Source: Lytechinus variegatus
Taxonomy: Eukaryota
DNA: 64,000 bases
NCBI RefSeq assembly: GCF_018143015.1
Contig: NC_054742.1
Coordinates: 16,118,441-16,182,440 of the forward strand
Direction: 5' to 3'
Shown here: positions 36,955 to 50,939 of the stretch, piece after piece
Position numbering within the stretch: the first letter of the stretch is position 1
Layout of the letters: each line of letters opens with the position of its first letter
Position numbers and translations under genes: made by a program
Notes under the pieces: generated by a model
Database searches by the model: none
Seen by the model: the letters and a program-made list of their open reading frames with translations, nothing else
Told to the model about the DNA's origin: nothing

Positions 36955-37135
36955 CTCTGGTAGGTGTTTCATAAAGCTGTTCGTAAGTTAAGAGTGACTT
37001 TAAGAATGACTAGTGAACCTTATGTGCTAAATAATCACTAATGAGTACATAATGGTGAACATCATTTACCACAAGAAAGGATCACCAGTCGTTCTTAAAG
37101 TCGCTCTTAACTTACGAACAGCTTTATGAAATGGC
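36955..37135 (+). mobile_element. Small foldback element: ~45-bp perfect-ish inverted repeat (gtttcataaagctgttcgtaagttaagagtgactttaagaa...) separated by ~70 bp.
   Basis: Read directly. Confidence 0.6.
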
Positions 37136-40100
37136 CCCTAGGCTTGATCCTGAGGCTGGCCATGCAGCAATAGGAAGTTGAGACTTCTTATTCTCTTACG
37201 TCGCAAGTTTTTAAATAGGGAATAATTATAACAGAGATTTGAGTTTGATGGCATGGGTTTCTATAGAAGCATTATTTGATGTATTTATCATGTTTCCCCT
37301 GTACTTGTGAGAGCATCAGGAATTCAATTGATGGTCTTCTTGGCATAAATTACATCTTCCATGTAAATGTGGAAAGAGATTCAAGACTTACAAAATGTGT
37401 GTATTGTCTCCTAATATTGAAAGATGTATGGAGAAAGTTGAGGCAGTAATCATATGGTCCTTGAAGTCTTTTATTAAGCTGTTTAGAATTTGTCAATTTT
37501 AACCAGGACTGATGAGTTCTCAACCACTTTGATTTCCATCAACCGAAATTGAAATCAGGTCTTGGTATTTTTACTCACAATCACACTTATGAAATTAGAG
37601 TATGATGCATTACACATGATTATTGTTATGTACAAGATTAATGCCTTTGTATCTTCCATGTTCTCCCTAAGGAGATGAACTTTGAATGTAAGATTATCAT
37701 ATAATTTCACACGCTCTCTTTTGACATGTGGCCATTAGGATTTTGTTAAGAATGAGGTTTGGCGGTGAAAAATAGTTTGTAGCCATGGACTATCGTAGAA
37801 AGCACTGCACGATTGTCACAGGAACACTTAAGACAGGCTGCATACAAATTCAAATTACAATATAGATACTTCCTAATTGGACAAAGGAAAAGTATCAAAA
37901 GTGTAATTTCCTGGAAAAGTGCAAAAATTGTCTCTTATTTAAATAGACACTGAAACATTATCAGTGTTTTATCTATGAAATTTTGCCAGGAAGGAAAAAA
38001 AATCAATGTATATTACAAGCACATTAAAACAAAATTTAGGTTAATTTATCACTTTCTTTTTGTCAAAGTAGGGCAGCATACTTTCTACATGATAGAGAGG
38101 ATACCTAAATATCAGATGGATATTTTTCTCGGGACATTTAATACGACATGTACTAAAATTCCTGGAGGAATAACATAGCTTCCTTTGTTTAAAAAGGTAT
38201 TTTTTGACAATGTTTGATGCTATGGCATTACTTAACTCTTTCAGGCAGAGAATGAACTATCTGGGTATTATATTTTTCTCTTTGAAATTAAGATACCACT
38301 GTACCTTCTCTTCCTCACTCTTGCTCATATATGTGCAATGAATTGATTATAACTGGTTAACTGTTAAGTTCTGATCAAAGATCTTCAAAACTTCTTGGTT
38401 CATTTTTCTGGGATGCTCTCAATCGATACATTCTTCAAAGCAGCACATTTATTTCATTGAAGTTGTACAGTGTATGTGAATTTCTTTCAAAAAATTAATA
38501 AAAATTAATGAAAGGGAATAAAAGAAAGGCAAGTGAGACAGACACCCTTATAACAAAAAAAAGACAAGAGAGACAGACACAGAAGGGTCTGGATGAGAGA
38601 CTGAATGAAGACTGAGAGTAGGAAAAGTGACCAGACAAAAGATATCTATGTGTACACTTCATTCATATCTAATTGGGATACTGTTAAAAACTTGTGGCTT
38701 GTGTTCATGATATTAGTGAATGGGCAAGTAGTAATTCTTTGAAATTGAAGAGAAGTTTGAAGGGAAATTTAAGAGTCCGGGAGTGGGGATGAATCAACCC
38801 TCCCCCCCCCAAGATCTTGGCTGCCGATGGCGCGAACGCCGTGGAAATTGGCACGATAGTAGTGTGGGATGTAATCTACAAGGCTGTATAGGTTTTCTTA
38901 ATGTGAATTAATTATGCTTAAAATCACTTAAAATATTACAAAATGTCTAGGTCTGCCCAGATCCCTGCCATGTGTAAATCTTGGTCTATAATTAGGGGAA
39001 GGCGATTTAAGTTGAGCCACCCCAGAATAATGAATGAGTCAGACGTTTTCAACGTTGAAAGAAATAATAATTTTTCAGAGGGAAAAATATAAAATTCAGT
39101 GAAAAAAGGTGTGAAATAGATAAGCACATTTTACTTTGAATATAATAAAGGCATAAGACCAATATTGTTAGTCCAGGTATGGATCTTCATTCTTGTCAGT
39201 CTTTTACATGATGGATGCATAAGAAATGTGTTGATGGGGAAATATCACATTAAGTTCAGATTGGGTTAGGTTGAGCCAGCCAACTTCTCCCCCCAATCCC
39301 TCTATCTTTCTCTGATTCTTCTTAGCTTGGAGAATTCCACTACAAGTGCAATCAACAAAGTTTCATATTAAATGAATTTTTGTATATATCTAAAAAAAAT
39401 CAACTTTGCACAAGTCATTTGATAAAAACATGCAATTTGCATATTGCATTTTCTACATTAATGATTTATTTATGTGGTTCAAATTCACGTCTTAAAACTA
39501 TGGCTTAAACCCAGGTAGTGATAACTAGTTTACAGAATAATGACCTGTAATGTATGACTTAAACTTAAGTGTGTATTAATTTCTTGTAACTCAGCAAGCC
39601 TAGATGAGACAGAAGTCTTAATGACAAAAGAGTTTATTCACTCAAGCCAAGTCATAAATTCAATTGAGAGAATATAGAAAATTTTTCAGACCTCTACTGT
39701 GTGATGCATTGAGATTCTGAGGTCTGCATAAGTCAAAGTAGTTTTTCAGATGAGATTTCACAGAATGTGTTATTTCAAATTTGCCCTTTGAAGTTGAACA
39801 GATTTCAGTTATCCTAAAAGATTTGACTTAGGCCGAGTCATCTGTAATCTCAATATGAAAATCTCAACAAGCAACTATTGCACAATTTTTCAATTGCCAA
39901 ATTCAAAATAAGGAGAAACCAAAAAAAAAATCCTATACACTTGTATGCTATGTCAAAATGGGAATTTGGTCTTGCTTAGTTATAGAATTATAAGATGCAT
40001 CAAGTGGTACATTTTGTAACATTTGCACATGAATATAGGATTAAAGATTTATATCTGCATGCTATCTCAATAAAACTACAAGATTAATATGAACTCTCCA

Positions 40101-40785
40101 ACAGGTCTTCAGTTATTATACCTCCACCATGGGTTAAATAATTAAAATTCATTTCATTTTTTCTGAAACAATGTGAATGGGTAAAATAATGCGCTTCATG
40201 GTATCCTTTACAGTTACAATCCTCACTCATGATTATGAATTCAACCAAGAACTGATAAGCGGTTATATATGGATTCTGTCTGGAGGATAATGACATTTTG
40301 TGACAAGCTTCAGTTTAGTTCAATTAAAATAATTTGAGAGTATTCAAGTTTAAAAATTATGATATGAGCATGGAATACAATACTAGATGTATGTCCAACA
40401 TTCCAAGTGGTTTTGCGATTCCATTTTTTTTATATATCAAAATCTTTGTGTAGCAAAATGAAATGGACATGCTTTGGTGAATGATGTAGACAGTTTCCAA
40501 AAATCACAATAATTTGAATTTAATGTTAAAAATATTTCTGAAATGTTAAACCCAAAAGTATGAGTACATTTAGTTACACAGCAACACACTTTTCAAACTT
40601 TGCAAATCATGAATTTCCAATCATATTTTGTAGTTAACACTGACTTGGAGGATCAATGTGCAATACATTACATATAATTGTTAAGCATGCAATAAACTCT
40701 TGATTTATAATAAGTCCTTCTAATAGAGTGATGAATCGAATCACCACTGTAGCTTGATGGGGTCAAAGGTCATTCATTGCTTGTA

Positions 40786-40951
40786 TCATCTGCTTCTCTC
40801 CCTTTCAATGAAGTATCTTTCTCTAATACGATCACAGAAACGCACCAGGGTGGGATACTTGTTAACCATGTCTGCTAGACGTTGATCTTCTGCTTCCATT
40901 ATCTGAAGGGTTTTGAGATGTCCATACACCAATGCATCCAGCTCAGTTGGT
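40786..40951 (-). CDS. MTX2: MTX2 terminal exon: (R)[54 protein letters not shown], stop TGA = rc of 40786-40788.
   Basis: Aligns with human [56 protein letters not shown]. Acceptor tcctttAG (40953-40952). Part of listed ORF 40786..40968(-). Confidence 0.9.
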
Positions 40952-41019
40952 CTAAAGGATAAATACATGGAATGAAAGTCTCAATTCAAATGGTATTGGC
41001 AGTATAAATTTATGCTTAA

Positions 41020-41745
41020 CCCTAAAAAGACTGGGGGGCTGATTCAGCCCCCCCTCGACATTTTTCGTGATAAATCCGCCGCGCGAAATTTTTTGACCGC
41101 GTCGCTCACTGAATTTTTACATTTAAGTCTCGCGCAAATTTTGAGACCAAATTTGCGACCCCCGGGTACGCGGTTCCGAAATTACGCAACATTTTGCAAC
41201 TGCATGCAGACCCAAAATTGCACAATAACGGGAATTTGTGTACAAATCCAATGCAAATAAAGTTTTTAGCCAAAATTCACAAATGTATCATTATTTTTCC
41301 TTTTACTGATTGAAATCAATTAATTCCATCTTATTTATGCTCCAAATAAAGTCCCCGACAATTTCCATTGAAAAAACAATAAAAAACAGAAAGTCGAAAA
41401 ACAACGAAATACATGTAAATAAATGTGATTTTGATTTTTTTTTCGTACATTTGATCAGATTCATATAAAGTGTCTGTGTACCAAAAATTAGCATTTTAGG
41501 GGCATTATTTAGTTGATTAAAGCAAAATTTTGATTTTACGCATAAATAAGCAAAATTAATTAGCAATGGGATTTTTCACAGAATTTGATCTAGTAGTTTT
41601 GTAGACTATGCCATGGGTAACACGCGTGCCAAGTTTCCTCACGATCGCGCGATCGACGGCCGAGATCATAAGGGGGGCCGAATCAGCCCCCCCCCCCGTC
41701 TTCTTAGGCATCGAAATAGCCCAGTCTATTTAGGGTTAACAGAGT
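41020..41745 (+). mobile_element. piggyBac-like MITE copy 2 (726 bp). TTAA at 41016-41019 and 41746-41749. Lies in the MRPL9/MTX2 intergenic region close to the MTX2 3' end.
   Basis: Same TIRs and internal sequence (gatcgcgcgatcgacggccgagatcataagg...) as copy 1. ORFs 41012..41260 and 41613..41822 are repeat-derived. Confidence 0.85.
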
Positions 41746-42675
41746 GCAATTATTTAAGAATAATGGAGAGGGAAATGATCCACGTCCCAGACATTGTTTT
41801 TTTTTGTCTGAGTAGAACATGATACACTATGATTATTTACTAGTGATTGTAAGTTTCTGTACATAGTTTGCCACAGACTTAAACTGCTGCCCGATTGCTT
41901 ATGTAAGTTCAAGTGACTTATGCATGACTGGTGATTCCTCCTTGTGATAAATGACTCACACCAGATAATGACTTTTGTTGACCTAGTTCCGAAAAAAGGA
42001 TCACAATTACTTTGTTAACTCTTCCCCAACTATGAAACACATTCATACCTGATGAAAATAATATGTATATAATATATTGCTGGTTAAACTTTCAAATTGA
42101 ATTTAACATTTTCATGAAGTAAATAGCTTTCATAAAAAGTGCAAATTCAGCAATACTAAATGAAAACCCTGATGTAAATAAATGATTTTTCACTCTCTTT
42201 CCTCCTTTTTAACATAGATCACCTATTTCAATGACATCTGACAAAGAACAAGTTTTAAAATGGAAATATAAAAGAAAAGCAAATGGTTCATAAGGGCTTG
42301 TCACACTTATTCAGAATAAGCTGGAAGTAATTTTAAAAATCAGGGAAAAGGGGGGGGTCAAATTTACCCAGTTGAGTTTTTTCATGGATATTCGAGCTGG
42401 CCCTAAAAATTCTGACCGTAATTAGGGTCAAATGTTTATGGCCATCCCAAAGGTTTTTGGTCATGTTCAACATATCTGAGGTGCATTCAAAGTGGAAATA
42501 ATTTTGAACATTGTTCAAAGTATATTCTTAATGCATTCTGAAGGTATTCTAACCCACTTGAAACATACTGAAAGCATTGTGAGCTGAATAATGGGGGACT
42601 ACACCACCAACAGTCTTTCCATTCCATCTAATTCTGCTCGAATAGGGATAAATGTGTTGGGTACTTTATACATAC

Positions 42676-42752
42676 CTGTCTAGGAAGAAATATTGTTGTT
42701 CACCAAGTTTGTCTGACAAAGCTTTGCAACAGAGGTTCACTTCATCATAAAC
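42676..42752 (-). CDS. MTX2: MTX2 exon 6: VYDEVNLCCKALSDKLGEQQYFFLD plus 2 nt.
   Basis: Aligns with human [26 protein letters not shown]. Acceptor attcttAG (42754-42753). Donor GTATGT (42675-42670). Confidence 0.85.
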
Positions 42753-43411
42753 CTAAGAATCAATAGGGACAAGATCAAATTTGACAAAAACAATTCATAT
42801 TTTGGACACCAGACAAGAAAGTTACATTCTACATGAATGTTGTAAGGCAGTCAATACGATCCACCTTTGAAAAACAATTCTTAAGTACAAAGAGAGAGGT
42901 TCATCCATTGACAATAGCTTTGATTCTAGATCTGTAATATCAGCATTTATAATTTTCTTTTTGCTTCCAGTAAAATAGGAGGAAAACTGCAAGGGAGGCT
43001 AAGGCAATGTTAATCAAAGTGCAAGTCACCCCATCAAAAAGTTGATTTTAATAAAAAGAACAATAAGAAACAAACAACCCTGAACATTTCATCAAAAGTG
43101 GATGTAAAACAAGAAAGTATAGATGATATTTCAAAGTTTTTCTTATTTTTTTACAAAACAGTTACATGCACAGCTCAGTGATATGGAACTGAGAGAGCTG
43201 ATGATATAACTCACTATTTCTTTTGTTTTTTATTGTTTGAATTAGACAATAGGCTACTTCAAATTTTACCGATTGGAAAATCAATGACTCTCTTTTTTGA
43301 ACCATAAAAACAATGGTAATTCCACATGTTCAGTGAGAAATAAAACTTTGTTTGCAAATTTTAACTACATGTATCAGTAGAAATCTGAAGTAAATGATTT
43401 TGATGATGTAC

Positions 43412-43672
43412 CTGATCCGGTAAGAAGTCATGCCAGCTGTTATGTGCCTTGAGATATGAGATAGCTTCTCTCTGTTTCAAGAATGGTAGAATAAAAGAAA
43501 GAGGCCATGGGAATGGAGACCCATACCTCTGCTTGGTTATCTCATCAGCAGTCTTCTTAACATTCCAGGCCAAGTACATCTCTGCGAGATACAATCTGTT
43601 GATAGAAAGAGCCATGTATGCCTTCATCTCTGATTTTTGACCTCCACTCAATTCCTCTGAAAGAGACAGTCC
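43412..43672 (-). CDS. MTX2: MTX2 exon 5: GLSLSEELSGGQKSEMKAYMALSINRLYLAEMYLAWNVKKTADEITKQRYGSPFPWPLSFILPFLKQREAISYLKAHNSWHDFLPDQ.
   Basis: Near-colinear with human [86 protein letters not shown]. This is part of listed ORF 43361..43717(-). Acceptor tttttaaAG (43674-43673). Donor GTACAT (43411-43406). Confidence 0.9.
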
Positions 43673-44735
43673 CTTTAAAAAAAACAAAAAAAACTTCATG
43701 ACAGATAATGCTAACATTTACAAACCTGTGTTTTATTGCGTATTGCTAAATTTGCTGGAAAGGCAATACACAGCCTAACACAGCATTGTACGCAGCATTG
43801 AGCAATAATATTCAGTTGCTATTATGCCTACAAGCTCATCAGCATTTATATAGAGTTGCATGCAGTAAGGCTAAGTGATTCAAGCTAAAGGGAGGTAAAT
43901 CAAGCTACATGTATATCGAGCAGTAACAGTGCATTGGCTTATACATAAGCTGCTCGCTGTTGCTTGTCCTTGCTCACATTTGCTAACTGCAACTCATCTT
44001 AAGTTTGCTTTTAAGGATTTTTATTGCATTCAGTTGCAGATCAATGTTTAAAAAAAGATAAAACTGCTAAGCTAAAATGCAAAGCCTCCGAGTCTACAAA
44101 TTGACCTCCCATTAGCTCTTTTTATTGCGCTATGTTGCGTTTGACTGCCCAAAACGCAAAGGCCGTGAGTCAGACTTTACTGTCTAACTAATGAATTAAT
44201 AGAATATCATTCTCAAAGTGATTAGCCATGTTTCTAGCTAATGCTGATGATTTCTTTGAATAACAAGCCTATTATTCTATTGGTCATTCATAAATGTGAC
44301 CAGACATGGCCACATTTATACATTTCATATAGCCAGAAATGAATTTTATGTTAAATATCCCTACTGAAAGAGGATGTTCTCATCTTTAAATTAAAATGGT
44401 ATATAACTCACTTAAAATGGTATGCAGCTCTCTTATACTGACATAAAATTATCAAATTTATCCCAGTGCTCTCACGGGCAACACCACTATAATCCTACTA
44501 TATATGCATTCATATTAGAAGAGTTATCCTGACACAGTCTCGGATTACATTCATGTATCCATTCACATCAGGCTGTCAATCCCAATATGACTGGAAACCG
44601 TGGAATTATCTAGGTATACAGATCAGTGCCAGATGTCTGCTCACAAGATCCTCGATCAAAACTACTTTTTATTATCTTTTACTGTCTCCGGACAGTCCCA
44701 GACCGTAGCAGTGTTACAGGCCAGTGTGAAGGCAG

Positions 44736-45348
44736 TATCTTAAAGGGATGGTCCGGGCTGAAAGTATTTATAGCTTAATGAATAGAGTAGAATTCACTGA
44801 GCAAAATGCTGAAAATTTCGTCAAAATCGGATAACATAATGACAAAGTTATTGAATTTTAAATTTTGGCAATATTTTGTGAAAACAGTCTTCATGAATAT
44901 TCATTAGGTGGGCTGATGATGTCACATCTCCACTTGTTCTTTTGTATTTTAATATATGAAATTAGGTTTATTCAAATTTCTCCCTCCAAGAACTAGAAAA
45001 ATTGTATTGACAATCAATTTAGTATTTTAATATCTAATATTTATTGCTGCAAATTATTTTATTATAAGGGAGACATATTATTCACACAAGTATGAAATAA
45101 TGAAAAAATTATGATTTTATTTAATAGCATAAGAAAACGGAAAGTGGAGATGTGACATCATCAGACCCACTAATGAATATTCATAACGACTGCTTTCACA
45201 AAATATTGCTGAACTTTAAACTTCAATAACTTTATTATTTGTTATCTGATTTCGATGAAATTTTCAGCATTTTGCTCAGTGAATTCTACTCTATGTATTA
45301 AGCTATTAATATTTTCATCCCCGGACAATCCCTTTAACCCTCATTACA
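44736..45348 (+). mobile_element. Foldback or long-TIR element (~610 bp) with ~195-bp TIRs. Flanked by TTAA on both sides (TTAA|AGGGATGGTCCGGG ... CCCGGACAATCCCT|TTAA).
   Basis: Long inverted repeat 44745-44940 versus 45130-45335, read directly. TTAA at both junctions. Confidence 0.75.
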
Positions 45349-47125
45349 AAGAGAAGAAAAGTTCACTACAATAGAACACTACCATTAAGAAAAGATGGAT
45401 TAAAGTGTATTGGAGCACACTTACCCTAATACTTTTGTGTAAAGCTGACAAAAGGATTAAAATACATTTAAGTTTTACTAGAGTCCTTTGATAAGCTCCA
45501 AAGTTGACATACTAGTTAATCACATCCTGCTCATGATTACAAAGTAGTATTATCATAAGTTTTATTGAGTTCATAGTTTATTGGAGTTTAAAATTAAGGG
45601 ATTTTTTCAGGATGATGAACAAATTTCAACATCACAACAAAGTATTTATGGGTACGATTTTAAAGTGTCAACACACTCTTCTTGTTTAAAAACTCTTAAT
45701 GTCCTCCAACTAAACACCAGTGTGACTTTCTTGTTGGTTTTGCCATGCCTGGTAACAAATATCCTTTCCTTTTGATTTCCATTATCATCATCAATAATTA
45801 TTAGTTTCCATGATGAATCTCTAAAGCCAAAGCTGTAATATTGCAATATTACAAAATAGATAGTCACCCAGCAGTTTATAAAATGACAATAGACAACTTT
45901 GCTATCCTCAAATTTCATTCATTTAGATTTACTATTTTAATATAAAAAAACAAATAAAAACACTCTTGTGCATTTAACTAGTGATACAATTACTACATGA
46001 TATCTATTTTTAAACAGTCATGTAAATGACCTGCAGACCAACTTGATAAGACTTATAGAATGGTCTCATAAATGGCATTTACCATTCAACAAAGAATGTG
46101 CAAGGTCATTCATTATAGTAAAAAAAAATCCTTGCTTCAAATAATAAATGTCGGACATGAGCAAACCTAACCCTTCTGTTGAAGTAGAATCAGTTCTAGG
46201 TGTAACCATTGACCAGCAGACAACTTTTTCGCAACATGTGAAAGGTGTATGTGTCACTGCAAATCGCAAGCTTGGAATTATCAAGCGGAATTTCTCCACC
46301 TGAATCATATAGCATAATTTCTCCACTTTAGACAGAGCTGGATTCATAAGACCTAGTCTTGAGTACTGCTCTACGGTGTAGCATCCAGTTTTAAAAAAGG
46401 ATATTTCCAAAATAGAAAATGTACAACATAGAGCAACGTCAAATACATGTACATTCCATTCAAAATCTTTGTTATAAGAAGAGACTTTGTTATAAGAATT
46501 AAACTTGCCATCTCTTGCCTACAGACGTCAGAGAGCAGACATGATTCAGGTGTATAAAATAATGCATGGCCATAATGACCTTGATACCTCACACTTTTTT
46601 GACCATCTACCTGGCTGTAAAACTTGTTGCCATAAATACAAAATTGCGAAGAAGCAAGTCTCCTCTAGGCTTAGACATGGCTCTTTTTCACAGAGATGCA
46701 TCAACGAATGGAACAACCTCCCAAAAATGTAGTAGGAAGCCCATCTGTAAACAGCTTCAAATCCAATTTGATGAAATATTGGAACTCAGAAGAGACAAAT
46801 TTGACCCTTATGAAAGTTTTGCCAGTCCATTTTCGATTGCTGTACAGCACCGTTGAAAAGTGTTCTGAATTCTTCATAAGAAGTCATCGAGAGGCAAATA
46901 AGTTATTAAGTTTAAAAGCCTACATCCAAGGTATTATAACACATTGACAGTGTAGTATATCAAACATGGTACTACCAGCATGCTAACTTGATGGCACCGG
47001 TGTCATGTGCAGAGCTGCCAAGTAATACACTTTACTATTGAAGGAAAATAAAAATATAATCTTTCAGGCTGATTTATATGTTTTATGAAGTCAATAATTC
47101 ATTGACCTATAAAGCTACTGTTTAC

Positions 47126-47202
47126 CTTTTTTGAAATGTATTCCACAATAGGGTCAAACTCTGATACAATATCGGCCCCAGCCTTGATGAAAGGAACAGC
47201 AC
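47126..47202 (-). CDS. MTX2: MTX2 exon 4: (G)AVPFIKAGADIVSEFDPIVEYISKK.
   Basis: Aligns with human [26 protein letters not shown]. Acceptor aactcAG (47204-47203). Donor GTAAAC (47125-47120). Confidence 0.85.
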
Positions 47203-47593
47203 CTGAGTTTATGAACAGGACAAAAAAAGTTTAAAAATTACATCAACATGACCAGGGATTTAAAAAATAATGTACATGTAGCATGATAATGTCACAATTT
47301 CATTTATGCATATATTGTGAATGCTATAGATGAACATAAGACACTTTTTAAGAGAATGCAAAGATACCGTTGTGCCAATTTAATGCATATTTTACTGCAT
47401 AAGCATTGAGTCTCAGAATAAACTGCATATTTGTTCATCAAGGGAAAATAATTACATGTACCAGTACATGACATGCTAAATAAAAGTCCAATCAATCTAT
47501 CAAATTTGACATATTAATGGTCACATAAGATAGAATCACAGGTATGTAACACTGGTTTAACTATTGAACAAAAGAGGACAGAAATGATATATT

Positions 47594-47713
47594 CCATCAT
47601 AGTTTATCTTCACCTGAAGGAGACATTTGCTCTGCATTGCTTCGGAGCTTGATGCGGAATGGGATATCACACATCTTCAGAAATGCTTTTACTGCAAGGC
47701 ATTGGGCCCTCTC
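47594..47713 (-). CDS. MTX2: MTX2 exon 3: (G)[39 protein letters not shown] plus 1 nt.
   Basis: Aligns with human [39 protein letters not shown]. Acceptor ttgtcAG (47715-47714). Donor GTGAAG (47593-47588). Confidence 0.85.
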
Positions 47714-48110
47714 TGGAAGAGTGATTTGGTCACCTGACAAAATCATAGATGAACAATACAAGTGAGTGAATGGTTAAGTATATTATTATTTCTTGTTTCG
47801 CCAAAGTGAGTGATGCATAGTTCAATCTAACAAGTTCAATTTTCACTTAATCTTCACTAAATTTCACTAAGTTAACAAGTCTCCAACAATTTGTTTTCAT
47901 TAAACTTGAAACTAATATTTGAAAAGTATATTCCATTCACGGTACACTTTATTTTTAATATATTGATCAATGACCCTTGCAAAAAAAGACACTTGAATAA
48001 AAGGATAAATAGATAAAGGGGAAAATAAATAGATAAATGGGAATATAGAGAAGGGTTGGACAGTTCATGATATTGGGCCTGGGAAAGACAAGACACTTTT
48101 TGAAGATTAC

Positions 48111-48173
48111 CTTCATATGGCTGATATAACTCCACACTGTCAGGAATCTGTGGCTGGCCTCCAGCTCCAGTAC
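48111..48173 (-). CDS. MTX2: MTX2 exon 2: (G)TGAGGQPQIPDSVELYQPYE plus 1 nt.
   Basis: Aligns with human [20 protein letters not shown]. Acceptor tgtacAG (48175-48174). Donor GTAATC (48110-48105). Confidence 0.7.
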
Positions 48174-50939
48174 CTGTACATATAAACAATAAAAAATGTC
48201 ATTTTAAGCAAAACTAATGAAGGGACATGCAATGTGCATGCTCAGGGATCACAAGTGCTTGTGTATTATGCTTGCGCAGAGGGGGGGGGGGTGGGACGTT
48301 GTGATGGGGAATTCCCCCCCTTTTTTTAGCTCCACTGAGCAACACACATGTTCATTGGTACCTGTTTGGCCATTTTATGCACTGAAGGGATCAAATGCCG
48401 ATCCATTCATCTTTTTTTTCAGGGTAAATCAGCTTAAATTATAATTCTATTCTACGGAACGAGAAAAGGAATATCCATTGAATTGCGGTGGATGCATAAT
48501 AATCAATCATTCGGGGGTGTTCGTATTAAAGTTGATAATATATGTAAATAAGACCTAAAGATCTATTTTCTTTCTATTATTGCGCCTCTTTTCACCCATC
48601 TAAAGCATGAAAGGGGGAATAGTAATCAAGAAGGCTGAGGTAGCTCACCCTTTTCCCATAGCCATAGTTTGCTGTAATTAGTGTTGGGCAAACCAGCTTA
48701 CAATGGTCACTAGGCCTAACGTTAGGCTATAGCCATCAACGGACTCTATGTATTGACCCCAAAGACAGACAAAATCTCACTCAGCAGAGCATATATCCTA
48801 ACCGAAATAGACTGATTGGAAAGAGTTCCAAATGCACCCTACCCAAAATAACAAAAGACTGTCAAGATTAGCAAGAAGCACTGATACCGGAAGAGGTTTT
48901 TCTAGCAATATAAGCCCATAGTTCCGACTAGTCTAGACTCACAGACCCTTTACTGACTAAATAAACTGATGTCTATGGACAATTAACAAACATAATCGAT
49001 CCTGCTCGAAAATTTTATGGAATAAAATAATATTTTGGTAGGCCTACATGTATGTATAAATCCACTCACCCATCATATATATGTTCTATATAAGGGCTAA
49101 TTTTATTTAGGCCCTAAATTATTTAGAACCTTCTCCATGATTTTATTTCCAATGTTAGTAGGGGTGCATAGATATAGTGAGTTCGATGAATTTTAAATCT
49201 GTTTGTACACGAAAACTAATGTTGCAAACTCATCGATCAAACTTTTTCAAATTGATCTTTTACCTTCCTAAATACATCTGAGTGTAGAGGAGAAGTCTCT
49301 TGTTCTTTTGATACCATTTATTTGACTGTAATCTCTGGAAAAATATAACATTTACGCTATCGTGTATTTACTGGAGGCCGCCAATTTGACAAATTTTTGA
49401 CTGACCTCTGCACGCTGATACTACTTCCAGGGCATCAAACTTGCCGAAGGCCATTGACGACAATGAACATAACCTACGGGAGATTCTAAGCTTTCATTTG
49501 ATACCAAGATTGCCAAGGTTTAGAGCATTTTTCCTGGTGTTCAAAGTCAGAGAAAAGTATGTCTTAATCTTTGCATACATTTTCTTATTTTTTTCTTAAA
49601 AAAAACATAAAGAATGAAGGAGAAACCTAGTTAAACCCATATGTTCAGAAAGTTTGAGGCTTTCTAAATGTAATGGTATACAATGTTAATGCATTCATGC
49701 AATCCCATGGAATCGCATATGCTTGAAAATTAAAAACACATGGAAAATTAGTAATCTTGTCAACATTGATGAGAATTATTGGATCTCGTTTAACTCATAA
49801 CATTCTGTAATTACAGATTTTGTAGTTTGTCTTTTACTTAGGAAATATGTTGCCTTGTGATATTGCTATTGTTGACATTTATTGTGAATTTGTGATGTGT
49901 CTGGGAGTGGGTGCAATTAATACAAAAATCATATTCAAATACATATATAGATATATATTATTTATATCGTATCGTACACTTCAATGTTATTCAAGCTTAT
50001 TGAGTCCATTTTTTTTTCTTTGTTACTTTAATAGAAATAATTGCATCTATAATCATGATTATTATTATTATTCTATCATTATTATGATAATTATTGTTAT
50101 TACTGTCATTGGAAGTATTACTATGATCATTATGAAAATGAGATACTATCCTAACATTTGAAAGGGGTCACACCTTTTAGCTTGTATGCCGTATTTAGTT
50201 TCATCTTTATTGCCTGCAACTTGATTTTTAATTCAAAGTATGCTTTTTGTAGATTTCACCATTATGTTTCAAACTTATTCTCTCTCTACCCTTTTACCCC
50301 TAACTTTGCTTTGATAAAACTTCTATTGGAACACAAATAAGTGTTGAGTCTGCCATCATGTGTTCCACTTTTAAATCCTTGATAAATCCAAAATTCCATT
50401 AAATCAGAACGGATAGACTGTACTACATGTACGGTATGTTGTTTCACAATCTTTCAAGGATTCTCAAGGGAAAACAGCACTTGTCAGTGCAGTTGCTTCA
50501 CAAAGACTGCACAAATAGATGAAAGGTATATTATGAGATAATTTTTATTCCCACTAGACACAGCATTGTCTGATCCAACATTTGAATACAAAGACATGGC
50601 AGTAGAAGATTGGCTATAACATAAAGGTTATTCTTTTGCAATCAAAATGCTACTTAAAAGATTCTCTGACAACCTGCGACACCCGAATACCAGGCATTTT
50701 GAGACATCATGCTGACCTACCAGTAGTATGTAACTAGATGAATTAAGATGAATGAAGAAAACTTGAAACAAAATGAGAATTTTTAAGAATTACTAGAACT
50801 CATAACTTCCAAAGGTCAAACTAAATCATTGGAAATACTAATGGCATCACATGCTATCCCAGCTCACCAAAAACCCTCAAAAACTGCATACAAGAAAAAG
50901 TTACAGAACTTTAAGAAAACATATAAGTTTCAAAAGAGC

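Noticed and set aside
40757-40768. DR1 motif (TGACCTTTGACC) in the MTX2 3' UTR, considered as evidence of a satellite-derived regulatory insertion.
   Set aside because: It is a single 12-mer with no flanking satellite similarity. Chance occurrence is plausible. Mentioned only as a curiosity.
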